DNA of 64,000 nt from Vicugna vicugna. Taxonomy: Eukaryota. Each line of letters starts with the position of its first letter. Positions within the stretch are counted from its first letter, which is position 1. The DNA lies in assembly GCA_013265495.1 (NCBI GenBank), contig MU057560.1:3534909-3598908 (forward strand), written 5' to 3'. The notes under the pieces were generated by a model, which had not been told where the DNA came from, searched no databases, and saw only the letters and a list, made by a program, of their open reading frames with translations. Below, in pieces: positions 11,543 through 25,432 of this stretch. The position numbers and the translations under genes were made by a program.

Positions 11543-13299
11543 GGTAAGCTGACAGCCCAGAGACCCGGTCTGCTTGAGACACGAAAATCCAGGAGGGTTT
11601 AGAGACATTCATTCTTTGGCTAAAGTAGCCTCGCTCTGAGTAAGGGAGAGCGGACACCCCAGTCTCGAATTCTGGCAGCAGGAGGAGGACCCTGCCAGCT
11701 CCACGCAGCTTCGGGAGCCCGGGGACCTGGCCGCCCATCCACGTGCACACAGCCCACTGGCTACGGACCTGCGTGTGACGCAGCGCACCGGCACCCGCCT
11801 GTCCACGTCGAGGCCCTCGTTCTGACGTTCAGAGCTGAGCATCTGACTAACCACATCCAAGCACATTTCGGAGGCACGCAGGCAGATGTTTGAGTTGGAG
11901 TCTATAGAAGAGCTAAGAATAGGGATCCTCTTTGAATGTTTCTGTCAGAGTTATTTTTCGTAGCCTCTGCTGGTAAAAATGCAAATGCACACAGAGTTTA
12001 TGAACTAAACTTTCCGCTTGGCCTCGTGAAGGCTGACACGTAACGTGTAACACCAAGCTCTGCCAGACGGTCAGGATGGACTGAAAGGCTTCGTTTCCCT
12101 GAGACAAACGCCACCGATTTCAGCCCCAAACTGTGACCTCCTGACAGCACACCACCCGTGCATGCTGGGCGCTGCCGCTGCGGGGCTCCCCTAGGCACCC
12201 TCAGGCCGCCGTCCCCTCGGTCCACTGGCCATGTCTAGGCTGCCGAGCAGGAGCTACTGGAGCGCCGTCCGAACCAGCTGCCCCCTTCCCAGGCCCCGCT
12301 GATAGATGGGCTCCGTGAGACGCGAGGCTGGGGGATGTGAGCCCACGCTGCACAGACTCAGAGACTCAGGGCACCTTTCACTTGCGAACGCCCAGCTTCT
12401 GGTGACGGAGCTGAGACACGCCTGCACCTTCACTTCTCACCTGCACACTGCCCAGTTTCTCTCCCACTGCCCACGTGACGAAAGGAAAACGTCTTCTCTT
12501 AAACGAATGAATGGATTTTTGTGAGTCTCCCAAAGTATGTGCTAGGGGAAGTGAGAATGTTGTTTTTATTAAGCATTTCTTTATAGTTAAGGCATCATGG
12601 TTTCCAGAGGTGAATAGGCACAGCCTTGGAAAACAACTCCATTCACTTACAAGTGGGAGACCCGCTGCCCTGTGTCCACATCCACAGGAACAACCACTCA
12701 GGCCACAGTCTGCCCTGGAGACACCGCTACCTGCCGTTAAGATAGCACATGTACTCATTACTCAGGGAATGGAGGCTTCCGTGGGGCTACCCCTGAGCGT
12801 GGTCTCCCTCCGCATCTGCCTAGGATGAACACGCCCTGGAGGGCACACCCGGGCAGGCACCCAACATAGAGACATTCTGTGAAAGACAGAAGGATCAAGG
12901 TGTGTGCCCCTATGTGTCCACTCTCAGAAGGGCGCCATGCTCAGCATCACACTTGTCACAACTCAGTGATCGTGTTCATTTTGGCTAAGAAACAGGTAGT
13001 TTTTAAAAAAGGTATTTCTGCTAAAATAATTTCATAACATTTTAAAAGATTCATTTCTTCCCGTTCCAGTTCTAAGGTGTAACAGCGAGCTCTTAGCTGG
13101 TTGATGACGATGCAGTCAAGGGTCTCTGTGTGCCCTGAAGTGCAGGGCAGTGGCATTTCCTTGTGTGGCCAAACACCTTGCTGCTGCATTGTCATCCTGA
13201 AGACGTCAGGACAGAGCTGCAGAACAAGGCGCCTCTTCCTACTCCAGATCATGACTCAACTTTTTTTTTTTTTAATCTACAGGATGCTATAAATGAAAA

Positions 13300-13740
13300 A
13301 AATGTTTTAATTGAGGTATAGTCAATGTACAGCATGTTGCAGGTGTACAACAGTGATTCAGTTTTAAAGGTTATGCTCCATTTGTAGTTATGAAATACTG
13401 GCTGTGTCCCCTGCTTTGTACAACATACTCCTGCAGTTTATTTATTTTATACAAAGTAGTCTGCACCTCTCATCTTGCCCCCGCCCTCTCTCCACCGGTA
13501 ACCACTCTCTTTATCTGTGAGTCTGTTTCTTTTTCGATAGTCACTGGTTTATTTTTTAGATTGCACACGTAAGTGATGTCACACAGCATTTGTCTGTCTT
13601 ACTCCGCTTAGCATAATACTCTCCAAGACAGTTCATGTTGTTGCAAATGGCAAAACTTCATTCCTTTTAATAGCTGAGTAGTGTTCCTCATACACACACA
13701 CATCTTCATCTGTTCCTCTGCTGATGAACACAGGTTCTTC
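13300..13740 (-). mobile_element. L1 3'-end fragment (antisense)
   Basis: Typical reverse-complement L1 3'UTR/ORF2-end phrases (TTTAATTGAGGTATAGT..., GTTCATGTTGTTGCAAATGGCA...TTTTAATAGCTGAGTAGTGTTCC); recognised from recall. Confidence 0.75.
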
Positions 13741-14329
13741 ATGACCTCAGCTTCTTAAAGGCTGTCTGGAAGAAGTAGGCCTTCAGCGGGTCCGAGCACA
13801 GGGGCCCTCCGCACCTGTGATCTCACAGCAGAATCCTCTGCTGCCTCTTTCTGAAGCTCACTAACTGCTGCTTCTCCAGCCAGAGGAGCTGTAGGCTCCC
13901 AGCCACCCTCCCACAGGGCAGGATGTCCTCACACACACACTCATTATCAGGACTTGCCCCTCAGGTAAGTTAAAAGCCTGAGCTCTGGAATATTTTCAGA
14001 GAAACAGAGTTTTGAGTAACGGGTACCCAGCCCATTCTACAAAATGCAGCCAAATCTGAAAAGCCCAGGATGGCCACAAATCAACAAGATGGAACTATCG
14101 AGAACGTGACAGCCACACATCACCACTAAGCCCTCTGGCACACAGGCCCACAGCAACCGTAGGACCAAGCTCTTTCCACAGCAACATAGACCACACTTTT
14201 CCAAACACAGAGAAACACGTGCAGACCGAGATTCCCATTCTTTATAAACACATTATGCTACATATAATTCAGTCTTCCAGGATCGACGAGTGTGAACCGT
14301 TCTACAAAACCGCATGTGTTTGTTTCCAG

Positions 14330-14965
14330 CAGTGAGCAGAGGTGCAAAGGAGCGGCAGCCCAGGAACCACGAGAAGTGCCTTGGACACCAGCAGGAGGCA
14401 ACCTGCTACCTTCATGGACACCAGCAGGAGGCGACCTGCTACCTTCGTGAACACCCGTGAACAAGAGGATTATTTTTGCAGACTGACTCTCCCACATTCC
14501 TTCACTGAGTTTTGTATGTTGCTGACTGTCTGTGGACACACGTGCAGTGAATCGGTGTACCTGACAGTAAAAGTCGCCACTCGCCATTTTAAGAAACAGG
14601 AACACTTGAAGCGTCGCGCGGTGGAACGGCAGAGATCTCATTTTCCCGATTAGACGACATCACAAGTATTTCTTTAGAAACATAAGCAGGATCAGCAGAA
14701 TCTGAAACTATATTTTCATATAGCATATGGTATTATTTAATATTTTTTACTTTTACAATTAAATTCCCAGAGTGTTATTTGGAACTGCATGAAAAATTTA
14801 AAAAAAAAAAAGAACAAACGAACTTCAGTTGTGGAGACATTGGAGAGTAAATCTGTGAACATATCCAGGCTAATTTCATTTGTCCTTTGTGTAATAAATG
14901 TAAAATAGTGTCCAGATACTGTGCAATATGTAAATACTGTGAATAAACCCAGGTAATACGGTGTT
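14330..14965 (+). other. ALKAL2: ALKAL2 terminal 3'UTR exon (3' end approximate)
   Basis: Acceptor TGTTTGTTTCCAG|CAGTGAG at 14329/14330; AU-rich tail; AATAAA at 14893-14898 and 14942-14947. Confidence 0.7.
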
Positions 14966-16997
14966 TGTTATAATGAAGTCTCCACAGTGACTCTTGACTT
15001 CCGAGCAAGTTCACTGCTAGGAATTCATGATTTACAAATCTGCAAAGAGACCGAAATACTGGCAGAACGTCACAGGACACGAAGGGTGTAAACACATAAA
15101 ACAGGAAGGCTACGGGTTCCTGTGCGGGACAAACACGTTAGCATTTTTTAAGAGAGCGGCCCCACACATTGGCAACATACTTATGACAGAACCTGACTTG
15201 GTGGCGAGTATTTCAAACAAGGTTGCAGCCATATTTCCTGTATGACTGTAATGGAAACACTAAACTAAGAGGGACCTTGAGGCTTCTAAGCAGCCCCTGA
15301 TTTTTACAGTCATTTTGATGTATTTTGAACAAATCTTACTGGATCTGTTAAAAGACAAGTGAATTCAGCAATGAGTTTCTCTGTTCACGTGGCCCCTGGT
15401 CTGGGCACAGCCATCAGGACAGTTGACTTGAGGGTCCTAGCATTTGTCTGAGGATCCATATTTAACACACACCTGTAAACATTAAAGAGAGCAAACGACA
15501 GAGGTTTACCCAGGAACATACAGGAACACAGGAGAGGAAGAAACGTCTTCACTTGGAGACTATTAGCAGTCACTGAAGGGTGAGGGCGCGAGGGGATCAC
15601 TTCTGAGGTGCTTACTCAGTCCTGTTTTCTAACTACAATCAAACGTTTTTCTCAATCTTTACTTTTTAGGGCGATCATTATTAAATTCAATCTCTGTAGT
15701 CTCTCAAGTCCCTGCTGTCCTGTGGCGCAGCGGTTAAGGCCCTCACAGAGCAGACGCCCGCACAGCCTCTCCTCACCCTGACCCTGTGTCCGCCCCACGG
15801 CCCCCGGTGCCTGGTGCGGGGCTGCAGGCTTCTCCCCCAGGGCCACACGGCTTCAGGAGACACAGCCCCCACCTGGGACCTCGTGATACTGAGGACCGGA
15901 TGCCAACCCTCTGGCCTCCCTGCATCCCAGCGCCTGTCCACTCAGACTGACGTGTGACTCGGGGGCCTCCCAGGACTCGGGTCACCAACCATGACTGAGA
16001 CGAAGACAGAAGTGGAGGAGAGCTGCCACTCATCTCCTCCCTGGGCCTGACCTGGGGTGCCGGCTTCAAGGAGTAGTGCCCGCCCTCTGCTGCAGATGGG
16101 GGAGGCAGGGACACTGAGGCCACGGGTCCGTCGCCTCTCCCAGGAGTGGACGTCACTGCCATGGAAGACACGCGCCTCCGCGTGCACAGCACCCCCACTC
16201 CTTCCCACGTGTGGACGGCACACGTCACACGTCGTCCAGAGGACAGTGAAGGCAGTGGTTCTGACTCCTCTCCACCTGCCAGGAAGAAAACGGGGAGGCA
16301 CCAGACCTATATCTTAGCTGCGCTTTTATGATTTCCCCAGTTTACTCTGAAAACAATCTTCTCTGACATCATCCATGAGGATTTTAGTTATTTCACAGAA
16401 GTGCATGGAAATTACCTGTATTTGCCTATAAACTAAGCACTGATAAAAAAAACTCTTAACATCTCCATATTCAAGCATTCCAACGTAAAAGAACCTTTCC
16501 TAACTTACTGTTTTTCCCACCTGCATATAAAAGCAGACGTATTTCTCAAACTGACCATAAGCTAAACCAGCACACAAGTGTCCTTCTTCCCGATACAGTC
16601 GAATTCCCAGAGGCAACGTGGTTCAAACGGGAACAAGCTGAATCTCCTCACGGGCTTAACTAGACACAAGCGACGAAGGAGGAGCGCTGCGAGGTCGCTC
16701 CCACCAGGGTTCCTCTCCTGACCCGAGGGTGCGGGTGAGTGCTCGGGCATGTGAACGAGCGCCTCGCCGTGGCTGTGCTCCTCCCACGCCAGGCCCTGGC
16801 TTCCGTCCACACAGGGAGAAGGAGTGCGGGTGACCTCAAGGCCCTCTGGCTCTGATGCTGACCGGGGCCTTAAAGCAACGCTGGACTTCACTGTGGTTTG
16901 TTTTCCACTGTTCCATCTGCCCTAGTATTTCTACAACTAGGGTGAGCGGAGGTCCAGCTAGTCCAACACTTACCCAATGAACTGTCTGAATCAGAAA

Positions 16998-17008
16998 TTT
17001 TTATTTAT
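16998..17008 (-). terminator. ACP1: Candidate proximal poly(A) signal(s) of ACP1
   Basis: TTTTTATTTATT on + equals overlapping AATAAA on -, ~170 nt past the ACP1 stop. Confidence 0.45.
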
Positions 17009-17176
17009 TTTTCCACCAAACACAACAACTGATTCATCTACAATTATTTTTTAAGGTAAGAAAGTCAACTGAAGGAAGAAGGGCTGTGGCCTTGAGCCAG
17101 CGGCACGGTTACACGGTGACATGTAGCTGGGACTGCAGGCGGGGGACGAGCCTGGGACCCGCAGGAGCAGAACCGG

Positions 17177-17254
17177 TCAGTGAACCTTCTCCAGGAAGGC
17201 CCTGCAGCACCTCAGACACTGCTGGTAGACGGTCTCGAAGTCAGAGTCGTTGCC
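17177..17254 (-). CDS. ACP1: ACP1 exon 6 (last coding exon)
   Basis: TTCTAG|GGC AAC...; [28 protein letters not shown], 78 nt. Confidence 0.97.
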   Translation of the reverse strand, partial: GNDSDFETVYQQCLRCCRAFLEKVH

Positions 17255-17379
17255 CTAGAAGGACAGGGAAAAGAAAATGTAACAAAAGCAGCCCAAGAGA
17301 AATGCCCTTCCGACAGCCTCGCTCTGACGTCCGACGGCCGGGCGCCCAGACGGCAGGACGGGGTGAGGGCCGCACTTAC

Positions 17380-17485
17380 GTAATAGGGGTCTTCGATAAT
17401 CAGCTGCTTCTGTGGGTCGTAGCTCCCAAGCAGTTCTATTTTTGCTTTGCAGTTTTTAACTTGATTACTTTTTCTATTCAAATCT
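17380..17485 (-). CDS. ACP1: ACP1 exon 5 (ends in DPYY general-acid loop)
   Basis: (R)[43 protein letters not shown] boundaries, 106 nt. Confidence 0.97.
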
Positions 17486-19427
17486 CTGTAAAATTGAAAC
17501 ATGAACTTAGTTTTCTGACCTATGGTTTAAAGTTAAACTGGGACATCTGTTAGGGTCTTGTGAAGTCTCCAGATCAAAATCCAGCAAAAGGAACTTGATT
17601 TAAATAGGAAATCAAACACTCAGCAGCACAGGACGGCCTTCCAGGGAGCTGCAGTCACTAGGCTCCGTGTCTCCAGCAAAGGAGCTGGGGACAGCAGTGA
17701 CTCTCACACCTTCTACACAGAAGGTGCAGCTTTACGACAACGGTAGTTACATATCCTCCCGTGAAGTGCAGGTTCAAGAACATCCTGTCTCAGAAACTGA
17801 ACAAAGGAGACACAGTGGAACTCAAAAGGCCATGAGAACCACGTCCCAGAGGGCGGCAGGCTCCACCTGACGCAGCCGTTCCTGCAGTAAGCCCGCCGTG
17901 CCGCCCACTGTGGACGCTCCTCCCTTGCTCCCACTACTGGACGCGGCACCTCAGCTTTCTCGCTGAGCCCACTGTTCCTGTGTTTCGTTAACAAATCCCT
18001 GTGAGAAGCTGGAGTGGTGGATGTGAGCGTCCACCCGGAAACCTGCGAGGCCTTGGAGCAGACCCCTCCCTGAGAAGCGACCTAGGCTGAACCCTGGGGG
18101 GCAGATGGGAGCAGGGCTGACTGGGCTGCACCACCGAATGCCAACCATGTTTAGGAATTTAATGAACAGAGTACCACACAGAGTCCCCTAACAAGTTATT
18201 GCTGATAATGCCGATAAGCTATTCTGAGAAAAAATGAGAACAAAACAAACTGGAAAACAAAAATGGAAAGTTTATATATTCTACTGAAAACCCAGGTAAG
18301 CCTGTTGCATCTGTGTCTGCCCAGCCTGCAACGGTGATCAGAAGGAGTTTCTCCTAATCAAACACATGCAGTACTTTTGGATCAGCAGTGAAGCATGTCA
18401 CTGTCCCCTGCTCCCCCAACCCCAGCTCCTAGGGGCTGCAGGCCCGGTCCCAGCATCTCACCCGGCAAGATCTATCACGTGACCACAGCACAAGGCCCAT
18501 CTTACAGGGGAACAGGGTTGCATATTCCCTTTGGTCACGAAACCCCACCCGGTCTGCTTCTAAATCTGTGAGACACGTTGTATTCACTTGTCTGGCAGGC
18601 ACACCGTGCTACACTATTTCTCTGTTAGGGTGAATGTTAGTACAGGGGAGCCCACACCAGAGTCAGGAAAGTGCCTCCTCGCTGTCACCACGCCAGGTGC
18701 ACGGCTGCAGAAATGCCACCAGTGCCCTGCTGCCCAAATTCGCATCCTCCCAGGTCAAATGCACGTGCAGGCGACAGGGCCCGGGGTGTGATTCACGGGC
18801 CTCACAGAGCGGGGAACGCAACTCCACCACACCCGCCTCTGAGTCTGTGGACTTGGGCCAGTAACTTAACGTCTCTGTGCCTCAAATTCCTCTGATAAGA
18901 CGCAGCAACAGTGCAAACCTTCAGGATGAGCGCTCCAGTGTGCGAGCACAGGACACTGCTCACCACAGCCATCTGCACCTAACACCTTAGTCTGACAGGT
19001 GGTGTTTCTTAAATCAATGGAGGCAATCAAGAATTTAAATAGAGTAAAGTTGTCTTTGTTGTCAGTCTTTCTTCTGGGGTTGGGGGCAGGGCAGCAGTAA
19101 TGGGGAGTAAGATGAGAAACACAATAAAACACCACACTGTCCACAGATCCTTATAACAGCAACAAACTCATTCTCCTGTGAAACAAAACGTCACCTTATA
19201 TAATCAGACTCCCCCTTGCCAAAGGTGTGTCTGGCAAAACATACCCATGACACAACTCTACATTACTCTCTGGATTTCCTTCTATTCTAAATAAATAATT
19301 CTGTGTATTATGACCTTCACTATGTATCAAAACTTTAAAGTAATTTTAAAACGTCAGTTTGGACAACGACTGCTTGGCCCATTACTGAATCCAGTTGAAC
19401 AGAAACACCCTTTAAAAGTGTGATTAC

Positions 19428-19489
19428 CTCAGGTTGCTCTCATCCATACAGAGTATATAATCAAAGGTGACAAAGTCTTCTCTGGTAAC
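19428..19489 (-). CDS. ACP1: ACP1 exon 4
   Basis: VTREDFVTFDYILCMDESNL(R); TTTCAG|...|GTAATC, 62 nt. Confidence 0.97.
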
Positions 19490-22049
19490 CTGAAAGTAAG
19501 CGAGAAATCAAACGTAATGTTTACAGTTAGACCAATTAAGCCTAGAGGACCTAAAACAGAACTTTAGGTTAAAAAACAAAAGCTATACTGAAATCTGTTA
19601 CTAATTAAATTAAATCACTTAGGTACTCTTAAGCTAACATTACAGTTAGCCTAATTTCCTAAAACTACCGCAGAGAAATTTTATAAAGTTCCTTGGAATA
19701 ATCATGAAATAGTGTAATGTGTGAATACAAAGTTTACACTTCATCTTCAACTTCAGAAACAGCCTTCAAGGTTTTGCCCCGGTTTTCATTCTGCAAGCAC
19801 GTAACCCCCTCCGCCCCTGGGATGTGCACCAGCTGGAGGACAGACGGCCGTCCCTCCCACGCAGGGTGGCGGCTCAGGGGCGACAGCGCCCCACAGAGAA
19901 GTGCAGCGGAGAAGGGGAAGAGTGCTGGGGAGAGAGAGAGGAAATCTTCAGTGGGGCTTGGGGAGAGCCACCCAGAAGGAAACACATGAAGAGCTGAGTG
20001 TCTGGGTCTTTATTCTGCATGAATTCCATAAGGTAAACAAGACACTGAATATTTTTACTGATTCTAACCTAAACCTTGTCATTGTTTGCTGTCGTAATTT
20101 ATAAATACAAACCACTAAAATATAAATGAAAAACTATTTTACGATTTTTGACTATTATAATGACAGAATAAGAAAGGGACAAATATGCCACAAAACAAAG
20201 GTGAAAATAGTTTCTGAGAATGCAATTCCAATAATTATCTTCCTCACTAAAAAGCCCTCTAAAATATAGCTGTACGGTGAAACTACAAAGAAGACACTGA
20301 AAACCTGGTTAAACAGAGTCATGACCCTCTAATCAGTGCAGCAAAGAGACAACAATACCCTCGTTATCCTGCTGGGAAGCATCGGTCTGGACTCTCCGTG
20401 TGCACCTGCACTGATGTTCAGGGCAGCACCTTAATCAAGTGCTGGGACTGAATTCTGCTCACACTCCCAAGGTGCTAGCTTATTTCAAGATCTACTACAA
20501 CAAATATCAGAAGCTATTTCCCCAAATTAGCTGTATGAGAAATGTCCTGGGATTAAATATTAAACATTCTCCTCAATTTTGGAATGACTGCAGTCACAGA
20601 ATCTAGGAAAGACAGACTTAGTCACTGACAGCCACATGTAGCTACATGATGATTAATGTTAAAATAACTGAGAAAGAGGAGGAACAGCTAAAATTAACAT
20701 CTTAGGAAGAATGCATGGTAAAGGATTTCCGCTTGCAGCTATAAATGAAATAACCTGTAGCAAAACAAACCTACTGCCAGAAAAAACTAGAAAATGCCTA
20801 TCAAATCTAAACACCTCTGCAGAGTCACCGACAGGCTCCCATGACAGCCAGGCTCAGAAAGGCCAAAACCCCAACCGCGTGCACAGGGCAGGGTGCACGG
20901 ATGGGGACCCTCCGCGGGCCAAGCCCCACCCAGTGCCCCCACCACTGCTGCGGACAAGACTGGCCGCCTGGGAGGGCCGCTGGTGAGAACTCGGAGGAGA
21001 GCCCTCAAGCTTCTGGGCTGAAGAAATTTTTAACTCTTTAAAGGTTATTTAGGCCGTCCCTATAAACAACTTGTTTTATCTACCGAAATTTACCAAAGCT
21101 ATTAAAACCTGAAAATTTTAAAAATCTATTATTCACTGAAAAATAATGAAAATGCATTACCCACTATTACATCTTTTTTAAAGGAAAAACAGCTATACTC
21201 TCCAAACTGGAACTCATGGAGGAGAGTGGACTGTTTCACATTTGTGCAAATCTCTTCACGGAGCATCTACTTCCTGAGAGACAGCCGGCCTCCCACGCGC
21301 CTGGGCTCTGAGCTGTGGAGACCCCCTCCAGCCCAGCCTCACACAAGTGGCGGGCTGACCAGCAGGGAACAGCCGTGGTGGACAGTGGTGGACGGCGGCG
21401 GACGCTCTCCGCCACACCACCAAAGCCCACTCAGTGGTGGCTGCTCGCAGGTTCCTGGCAACACAGAACGTGAGCTCGCACCAGTCAGCTTTACCCGCTC
21501 TGCCGCGGCCATGGTCAGCCTGACCCTTTGATCAGAGCCCTTCCTCGCACTTTGGTCTCATGGGCCCAAGGTCCCTGGACCCCACTCTAGGGACTGTGCT
21601 CTAGACTCTCATGCGGGGCGGTTAGCTGTGATGGGCAGGGTGAGGAGGACAGGGGTGCTAGGCAGCGAGCCGCTGACAGAGGCAGACGCACGAGGACCAC
21701 GCTGACCGCCCGGGCTGGAGAAGCTGGAGGCAGAGCCCTGGGAGAAGTGAGCCTGGCACCCCCAAGTCCTCTTCAGCTACCCTGCGCGAGAAGTCAAGAG
21801 AACGAGCGGATGGCCCCAGGCCCGGGGAGGGCAAGGCGGCAGCAGGAACCCCTTGTGCGGATGCCTCACCCAAGAGGCCCACCCAGCACAGCCCCGCCCT
21901 CCAGGGCAGGACCAGTTCCAAGTCAGCTCCAAACCAATTCCCCTCCCCATGGGGCAAAGGGCCACCATCCAGACTTCTACGTTTTTAATACATCAAGTAC
22001 AGCATTTAATCCAAACGAGCACACTTACCAAGCAATGACATAAAGAAGA

Positions 22050-23450
22050 AAAGAAAAAAGGGGAGGGAAGGAGGCTCCAGGATGCCCCAGGCATTAGTTA
22101 CCAGACTTACTGTAAAATAACTGCCATCTGTATTGTTCAAGAAATATACGGCACCTTGTAGAATTTCACCAGAAAATTGGAATCAATAAAAATATATAAA
22201 ACTTGAAGAATTAATAAAATAATAGACACTAAATATTCAATAAACAGAGGCTTACGGACTTGAAAACATCAGAAAGACAAGTACATCAGGAAAGAGGTCA
22301 GTAGAAGATTTCAGACTGAAAACCAGTGAAAGGTGTGGAGAAAGGAGAAAAAGCACAGGGAATTCACATTCCAAATACATTCAGGTTGAGTCTCAGCAGA
22401 ATGAGAGGAGGGAAAATATACAAAGACAATAGCCCAGAGTTTTCCAGCACCGATGAAAACCATCAAGACACAAACTCAGGAAACAGAGTTGACCCCACAA
22501 AGAAAAATGAAAGACACCAGGAGAAAATGACAGGAACTGCAGGAAACAACAAAAAAACAATGTATTAGATGAACCCTTCCAAAAGATTAAAACAGAAATA
22601 CTATCATTGTTTGACAACTTTTTTAAGAGAAAAGAAAAAGGAGCATTAGCCAACTTGTCTTATGAGGCTGCTCCACTCTGACAGTGTGTGATGCTGGGTG
22701 TGCGTACACCTGACACAGTGTGTGACACCAGGTATGTGCCCAACAGAACTGCACACATACAAAAATATTCACAGTGGCATTCAGCCCCAGACTACTAATG
22801 ACCCAAGTGTTCGTCAGAGTGGAACTGACAAATCGACTGTAGCATGACAGTAAAACAATACTGAATCCATAAATGAAGATGACTGGAGACTCTCACAAAG
22901 GAGAAACAGGACAGAAAGATGGCCACTACAGGGCTTCCCTGCTGTCACAGTAGGGGGAGGCAGTGTTAGCGCTGAGCCCTGGAGCAGACGCCACGGTGCT
23001 GCCCCTCTGGAAAATGTCCAGAGAGCACTGACAATCTGCATACGCGCCCAACAGAGTTTACGGAAAGGGGTGAGGATGTACAAGAAAGTAAACGTCCCCA
23101 GAGAACCAACCAGATGTGAGTGTTCAAACTCCAGAAAACTGGTTACATGGGTTAAAGGGAAAAAGACACCCTAAATGTATTTTATTTGTTAAACCCCGGG
23201 TTTGACAGAAATACTACAAATGGTTCTCAAATTGTGACACTCGCTGAAGAGGAAACTGCAAACATTAGAAAGATGCTTAAAAAAATAACAATACTCTGAC
23301 ATGATACTGATGTATAAAACTAGGACCTAGTATCTTACTAGGACTTGGAAATTTTTTAAAAAATCATTGTTGAGAAAACTTTCTTAAAAGCAACAGGGAA
23401 AAGAAAACAAAATCTGGAAATACTACTTCTAAAACTGGTAATTACTTGTG
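22050..23450 (+). mobile_element. Old fragmented L1 (L1M-type) remnants
   Basis: A-rich decayed L1 ORF1/3'-like phrases, no intact ORF; boundaries approximate. Confidence 0.5.
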
Positions 23451-25318
23451 TTCTTAAAAAATGAAAAAGTTTCTAGCTTTGTTTTTTTTAAAGGCATGTG
23501 TATTTAAAATATTTCATTTGTATCCACTTTTATTATGTATACTTTGTGTATGAAAAATGATTTTAAAACAGAAAACATGAAAGTATGATTGACCATATTT
23601 CTGAAGGACTGCTCAAAAAAATCTACATTACTTAAAAAACAGAAAGTAGAGATTGGCAAGGTATATAAAATCCTGAAGAGATTAGAATGGACAAATGATA
23701 TAAAAAAATGTTTAATCCCCCCAATGTAAATTCCATTTGAGAAAAGACCAGGTCCTTAAAACAGTTCATTTAAATAGTAACTTGTTAACAACAAGCAGCA
23801 TCTACTGACAGAACCAAAAATCAGAAGTTTACAGGTCTCAGAGTAAAGTTATCTAAGCCACGAATAATGTGTGTGTTACTATTCCTGAGACACCATTAAT
23901 GTATTGGAAGTGTTTCTATGGTAATTTTGTGAATTTGGCTCACACGTCTAGATGTTTTTTATTAAAACAAATAAACCTGCAACTAAATTCCAGTTCTACC
24001 ACTTGGCAGCTGGGTAATTGTCAACAAGTCATTCATTTTCTCTCCAGAGCTGTTTCTTGATCTGCGAGATGGGTTTACCAACTACTCCCTTCCGTAATGA
24101 GGTAAGACAAGAACAAAGAGAGGCGATCAAAATGTAAACGCGACGCGGGGACAAAGCGACCTGCGAAGGTTAAACAGAGGTGAGACTTGGTGCAGCACTC
24201 ACAGAGGAATCTTCACCCAGTCTCACGGGGGCTCTGATTCACGCACGATCAATAAACCACCCAGAAACATGCGGTTCATCTGACAACCGCGCTCAGCATG
24301 CCCGGCTCCCCGCTGCACCGCCTCCTGCTGCTGACACCCAGCCACAGCCCTTCTTGGCCTGCAGAGCCACACACTTCATGAGGATGCACACAAAAGGAAA
24401 TGAGAAAATTTTAGCTAGTTTTTTTTTTAAAAATCCAACTGAATCTCCATAAAAGCATCATCATACTGATAAAAATAAGAGTCCCTGCAGAACAACATGC
24501 TGGGCACTTAGTATCGAAAGGAAGCCAATCTCTTTAGAAGCCGGTCCCTGTGATTATGGCCAGTGGGTCCCAGCACACACACCTACCACTGGCTCCTAGA
24601 GGGGCCCGGATGTGCCCGCCCACCACCCTGATGTCCCACCACAAATGCTGCCACGAAAGCCTCAGCCTGCTGTGGTTCTTCCTGAGTCTAGGACCCTACA
24701 GCCCAATGAGGTGCCCACCAGACCAAATGGCTATTTAGTTAAAATTTAGAATGCAGCCGCCTCTGCCCCCCTCCTCACTGGACGTCTCTCAAACGTGCAA
24801 GAGCTGCACGTAGCTGGTGGCGTCCACACTGGGGAGAGCAGATAAGGTGCATGGCCCTCAGCCCAGGACGCTCTGCCGGGCGCACTCCAGAGCCTAAATC
24901 CAGAAGTGCTCCCACAGCAGGACATGCAGCCACAGTAACAGCGGTGCTGGCCTGGATTCCTAAGGCACTGTGAAGCTGAAATGTCCTTGTCTTTGTAACA
25001 GAACTGCACTGTAGCGGCGCTCCTATAAGGGGGACAGGCCAGCCACCATGGCGTAAAGGCTGAGACCACAGACAGACAGGAGGAGGCGACTGCAACTCAA
25101 GCCTTCCAGCTCATGGCCAGGGGTCTGTCCACGAGGCATTCTAATAAGTCAATTCCAGGACCATGCAAATCTTTCAGAAGTGTGGAACCAGAATGGGAGC
25201 GCTGTGGCCGGTGAGGCCAACCCCAAACACCCTCATTATACATAAGTCTGGTGAAGCCCCTCACAACTTCTCAGCATATGGGATCAGCATTCTAGAAATT
25301 AAATGAGTTCTCCTCTAC

Positions 25319-25432
25319 CTGTCTTGCTTTATGGGCTGTGTTAATGCCATGATTTCTTAGGCAGCTCACAGCTCTTGCATCTGGTGACCGGCCCACGTTC
25401 CAGTCAGAAACAGCGCCGCTGTCAATGACCCA
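25319..25432 (-). CDS. ACP1: ACP1 alternative exon 3S (slow isoform)
   Basis: [38 protein letters not shown]; 114 nt, TTGCAG|...|GTAGAG. Confidence 0.96.
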
